From NCBI GenBank assembly GCA_037379345.1, contig CM074525.1, forward strand, positions 24,855,840-24,919,839: a stretch of DNA of 64,000 bases, read 5' to 3'. Numbering within the stretch: position 1 is the first letter of the stretch; each line of letters opens with the position of its first letter. Both the position numbers and the translations under genes were made by a program. The DNA comes from Perna viridis (lineage: Eukaryota). Below are positions 59,391-64,000 of the stretch, in pieces. Under the pieces are notes generated by a model that worked only from the letters and a program-made list of their open reading frames with translations, ran no database searches and was not told the origin of the DNA.

Positions 59391-62300
59391 GAACCAAACC
59401 TTTTACCACAGCATCATTACAAATATTTCATCGAAAATTTGTTTTATTATTCTATTTTTATTTACAATATCATTTTCTCACTTATTTTTTATTCATCACA
59501 TTTCAGAAACATGTTATCTACATATTTTTACAAATGTATTGATCTAGCCAAAAGTGAATACCAAATGCTATTTAATAGTTACATCTATTGGAGTTCTAAG
59601 GGAGGTAGGAGCAGGAGGGAGTATTAATATCTATTTTTTATGTTACTAATTTGATGTTTTTCTGGTTGTGAAAACCAAAATAATTTTTGTCATACATGTA
59701 CATAGTCTCTATAGGAAGCATGCAATACCATATAATGTCAGTAACAAGAACCAACATTACCAAATCTTTCTTTAGAAATCAGTCCATTTAAATAACTTCA
59801 TGAATATTCAATACCATGTTTTATAGTATCATGAATATTCAGTAGAACATTTAACACTGCCATGCTGTAATCAGCTCCACCTACTTCTGCCTCCCTACTT
59901 TGTTTGACTACTTTATGCTGATGATGACAATAAAATTTTATAGCATACTATGTATCTTTTCTTTAATGCAATCAGAATAAAAATCTAGGCTGAGGGCTGC
60001 ATGGTATGACCACAACCAGTTCAACTCTGTTCATTTGATGCAAGTGCAGAAACTATATTGGTTTTTGACACACTAAACATTGGGACTTTCAGTCGTATGG
60101 ACATAACAACTTACTTGGATACAATATTGCACAATATTTTGATATTCAATATAAGTATAAAGATCTGCTTCTGGGTGCATTTATGAATTACTTTGTACCT
60201 CATTATCTCAAAAGCATTAAATGATACGGTTAATATGGTAATGATACTTCTTAAAGGTGTTGTATTTAGGCAGGGATTTTCATGGGGCATCGAGTATGTA
60301 AAAAAATTGAAATCGCTCCAGAAAAGACAAATAGTTTTGGTGTGGCCCCCTTCAGCCCTTTAATTGGAAAACTGTTTAAGATATATGAACTGTGATAGAA
60401 AATCGCAGGCACAAATTTTCATGAGGAATAGAACCAAAAAAAATCAAAATCAGCACAGAAATAAACGATTTATCATTAAGAAATCAGAAAGTAGATACTT
60501 GTTATTTGCCCCTTTGTGGCCTCTTATTCTTTCTTGGCTGAATTTGCAACTCCATAAATCAATCACAGTCTTCCTTTTGTGGTATAGAACCTTGCAGTAG
60601 AATTAATGTGAGACCCTTTCACGTTAATCAAGTTCTTGTAAGGACATAAGGAAAATGCTTTTTTTTTCAGGCCCCTTTTTGGCCCCTTATTCCTACAAGG
60701 TTTAATTCGTAACATCTTAAATCCGACTCCATTCTTCATTTAGTGGAATGGTACCTTGTAATGCAGTTTCCAAACGATTCATTCACTAATAGTGAAGATA
60801 TTGTCTGGACGTTAAGAATATACATGTTTCTGCCACCTTTTTGGTCCCTAATTTTTGGAAGTTCAATTCTTCACCCCCAAAAATCACGTCTAGACATTCC
60901 AATGAAATTCTTGTGTTAGGCACTTTTTGGCATGATTGGGACTTTAAACCCTTTTTATACCTTTCTTCCTTTGGTGGTTTTGGAACCTTGTTATTAAATT
61001 CAGTAAAAAACAACTAATGCTCAAATTATCGCCACAAAACCAAATATCTATGGACGACAATATAAAACTGCAAACTTAAAATGATCAGCGGTTTATACTT
61101 TTATGTAGATGGTTTACTTTCTGTACAAGAGCCTGCATTAAAAAGTAAGAAGTCTCATTGTATTTATATGTTCAGGAATAAGTGGCTAAAACAAACATTT
61201 TTTTCTTTGCACAATATATGTACCAACTGGGGTAACGGAGAGGAATCTTTTTGGGGAAATTGCACCACAAGCTTCCACACTAAGAAAATTGATGGTGGCG
61301 ATTACAATCCTTATTGTTTAGGAAAAGTGCTGCCGAGGTACATATTAAATGAATTACTAAGTTTTCGTTTCCATTTCCTGCTATGCTCATACAAAAAAAG
61401 TTCTGTTTGACAATTGTGTTGGTTTTGTGTAAAATCGGAGGCAAAATGATCTTATAATAGAGTGGAACCTTCTTTTTTTAAATTTCTTAGCTTGAAACTT
61501 CCCCTTTCTAGCTGTTTCCGTGGTTCTCTATGTTTATTTAGTTTTAAAAGAAAAATGCCTTAAAAAATAACACTTTTAATAAAAATCGCTTTAAAATGTC
61601 GAACTTAACCTGTACGTGTATCATGTAACCACATTTAGGATAACAGAATAACACCTTTCCACTCGTGAAAACCTAATAACAACGGAGGATGCAGTTTTTA
61701 TGGTAATTATTCTCCATGTTGTGTCTAACAGTGATATTGTTCCTTATATGGTAATTATTCTCCATCTTATGTCTATTGTTCCTTAAATATATGAATATAG
61801 TAAAATATGGTATCCTTACATAAAATGTCGTCTGCTGTGTATATATATACGTGTTCGCACTAAATTTGAACAGATCACTATCCTTTATCCGATGTTTCTT
61901 ATTTTATTTTACTTTATCTCATTTTTAATTCATGCAAGCATCCAAACTTGCTTTTAGAAGCATTTTGGTATTAAAAAACCCTGTTTTAAGATAGTTTGGT
62001 TTGCGATAAATGTTGCCGTTTGAATTCTATTCCTCAATTATCTTAATGCAGTGAGGATAATCAACACTGTTCCGAAATAAAGCGATTAATTCCCTTTTAA
62101 TAGCTTTTTCGCAGGTCGAACATAGGTGATTCTTGAATATACAAGGTTGGAATTTGGGTATAAATTACGAATTAAGTGAATTGAAATATTTTAGTATTTA
62201 AATGATAGATTGGTTTAAATTAGAATTTCAGAATTAAGAAAATTTTTAATTAATATACTCGGTAATAATTTAGATTTGATTTCTTTCAATGATAAACGTC

Positions 62301-63058
62301 AGTTTTATATATTAATAAGATGAAAAAAATAAATGAAAAAAATGATGCAAAATATGAACTTTCTCTGAGGGGTCTCTCCTCTGAAACCGCTGAAATGAAA
62401 TCTAATGAAACTTTCACAAATTCTTTATTACATAATGCTATTGTGTATCTCCTACTTTGTTTTTCCATCTGAATTAATTCCTGATGCAAATATATGGACT
62501 TTTGTCATTTGTCGATCAGAGGGGACCTTCTTCTAATCCGCAACTCCTCCGCCAGCTGACTGAAATTTGACGAAACTTCAATCTTATTAAAATAAGACCT
62601 ATTATTTTTTTTTATTTTTGATCCCCAGGATGTCACCGATTTTTGTTAGGAATGTCCCTACTGTATCTATACAATCCACATAATATAGTCCATTCATTAT
62701 TACTTTTATGTCAATTAAAATCTCTTAAAAAATTAAATATGTTTCAGGCAGTTATTCAGCTTATTAATATACTACCATTACTACAAATAAATTTGAGATA
62801 TAGACTTTAAAACAGACGAAGAGTTGAGGAATTTCTTGCTCTTACTTTGGCTTTGAGAGATGTTAAGTTTTAAGTCTGCCCATAGACCTGTAAATAATTA
62901 TAGGTCATTGGTTTGCTTCTCGAATTTTTTGTTCAAAATATGTCAAGAATATGACTATCAATAATTTTAACAAAGTAAAATTGGCGGGTTATTCAAATTG
63001 ATGAAAAGCTTCTGTCTAGGAAATAATTTCCTTAAGCATAGTTTTTCCATTGTAATTT

Positions 63059-63732
63059 TATACAACCGCAAAAAAATTGCGGTCATATAATGTTATTGCG
63101 CTGTCGTCTTCATCGTCGTCTTCCGTGCGATAACTTTAGTTGTGGTTGACTAATTGTTCTGAAATTTTGATATGATTTTACTAACCACTAGAGGAAGGTT
63201 CATAGAACTTTGTAGTCCCTACCGTTTTAGAAAAAAGGCAAAAAGGCTAAAAATATTTCGTTTTTATTAAAAATGTAAAAATATTTATTTTTTATGTGTG
63301 TTCCTTATTTAATTCTTGTAAACAAATGTATCAGCAGATAGATTTTATGTGTTGTTGACCGTTTTCAAGTTATTTGGGGGTCAAAGTTGGGCAACGCCGA
63401 AATTATTAAGCTTTTAATCAAGGTTCGATTTCGAAAACAAATTGTATTTGCTTCCTCATAAAAATCCCTGCCTGTGTTTTCATATCAGATTTCAGATATC
63501 TCTTACGGTTTTCTAGTTATAAGAAGTCAAAGGGGCCACTCCTGGAAAAAATAAACTTTATTTGTCTGATTCTGAAAAGAAATTAATTTAATTTAAAATC
63601 TAATGCAATATACTTTCCAAAATAAATTGTAACATGCTTAAGTGTGTCAAAAACTAAAACTGTGTCCACACTTTCCCCAACCGTTCAGGGTTCGACCACT
63701 GCGGTCGTATATCATGCTGCGCTCGGCGAAGC
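63059..63732 (+). mobile_element. Near full-length HINE/DINE-like Helentron derivative; partial copies at about 32690-32945 and 41490-41583
   Basis: 5' sub-TIR tatacaaccgca with its inverted partner tgcggtcatata (63078), a (gtc)n stretch, 3' sub-TIR tgcggtcgtata (63700), terminal hairpin gctgcgc-tcg-gcgaagc, T-rich flanks. Confidence 0.75.
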
Positions 63733-64000
63733 TTTTAATCAATTTTGGACAGGCTAAAAAAAAAAGAAAAAAGTGAAATTATGTTAAACTTGTAAACATG
63801 AGTAAAATACTGTTTAATTATTTATCTACAGATCATATTCATTCATATTTTTTCTACATCAGAGGACTCCCACAATATCCCACAATATCAATGAAAAATT
63901 TAGAATCTCCGACATAAAATCTAAGATTTATGGTAGGGTTTTTGATAAAATGACTATGTTTTCTGTGCAAAATACGAATAATTATATTTTTACATAAAAA

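Noticed and set aside
60268-63474. Large TIR transposon bounded by aggcagggatttt / aaaatccctgcct
   Set aside because: No transposase-like ORF between them, no clear target duplication, and the right copy lies inside another element.
56000-64000. A downstream protein-coding gene
   Set aside because: Only short, low-complexity ORFs and repeats; no recognisable exon chain.

Overview
This is AT-rich metazoan genomic DNA, probably a bivalve mollusc (inferred from the repeat families). There are no prokaryotic features and no rRNA, tRNA or CRISPR. Almost all ORF-track entries are spurious or come from tandem repeats. The window is dominated by one 5'-partial, + strand, multi-exon gene for the class I bHLH E-protein (daughterless / TCF3-TCF4-TCF12 co-ortholog). 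I reconstructed it by hand as a phase-consistent exon chain from 1833 to the stop at 55341, about 655 codons in the window; the AD1-coding first exons lie upstream of the window. Its isoform architecture is unusual: (1) two duplicated exons encode alternative DNA-binding basic regions ([10 protein letters not shown] vs [10 protein letters not shown]) ahead of one shared HLH exon; (2) a 66-nt cassette duplicates the AD2 LDDAI.VLR helix; (3) a candidate internal alternative first exon ([18 protein letters not shown]) splices in where vertebrate HEBAlt/TCF4-A do; (4) a candidate alternative 3' end shares a 49-nt UTR element and a Cys-stop with the terminal exon; (5) four separate minisatellites are seeded from exon 3' ends, each repeating the 5' splice site into the intron. 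Introns also hold about 20 other minisatellites, an E-box/(CT)n satellite, Penelope-like fragments, Helentron-type (HINE) elements and MITEs.
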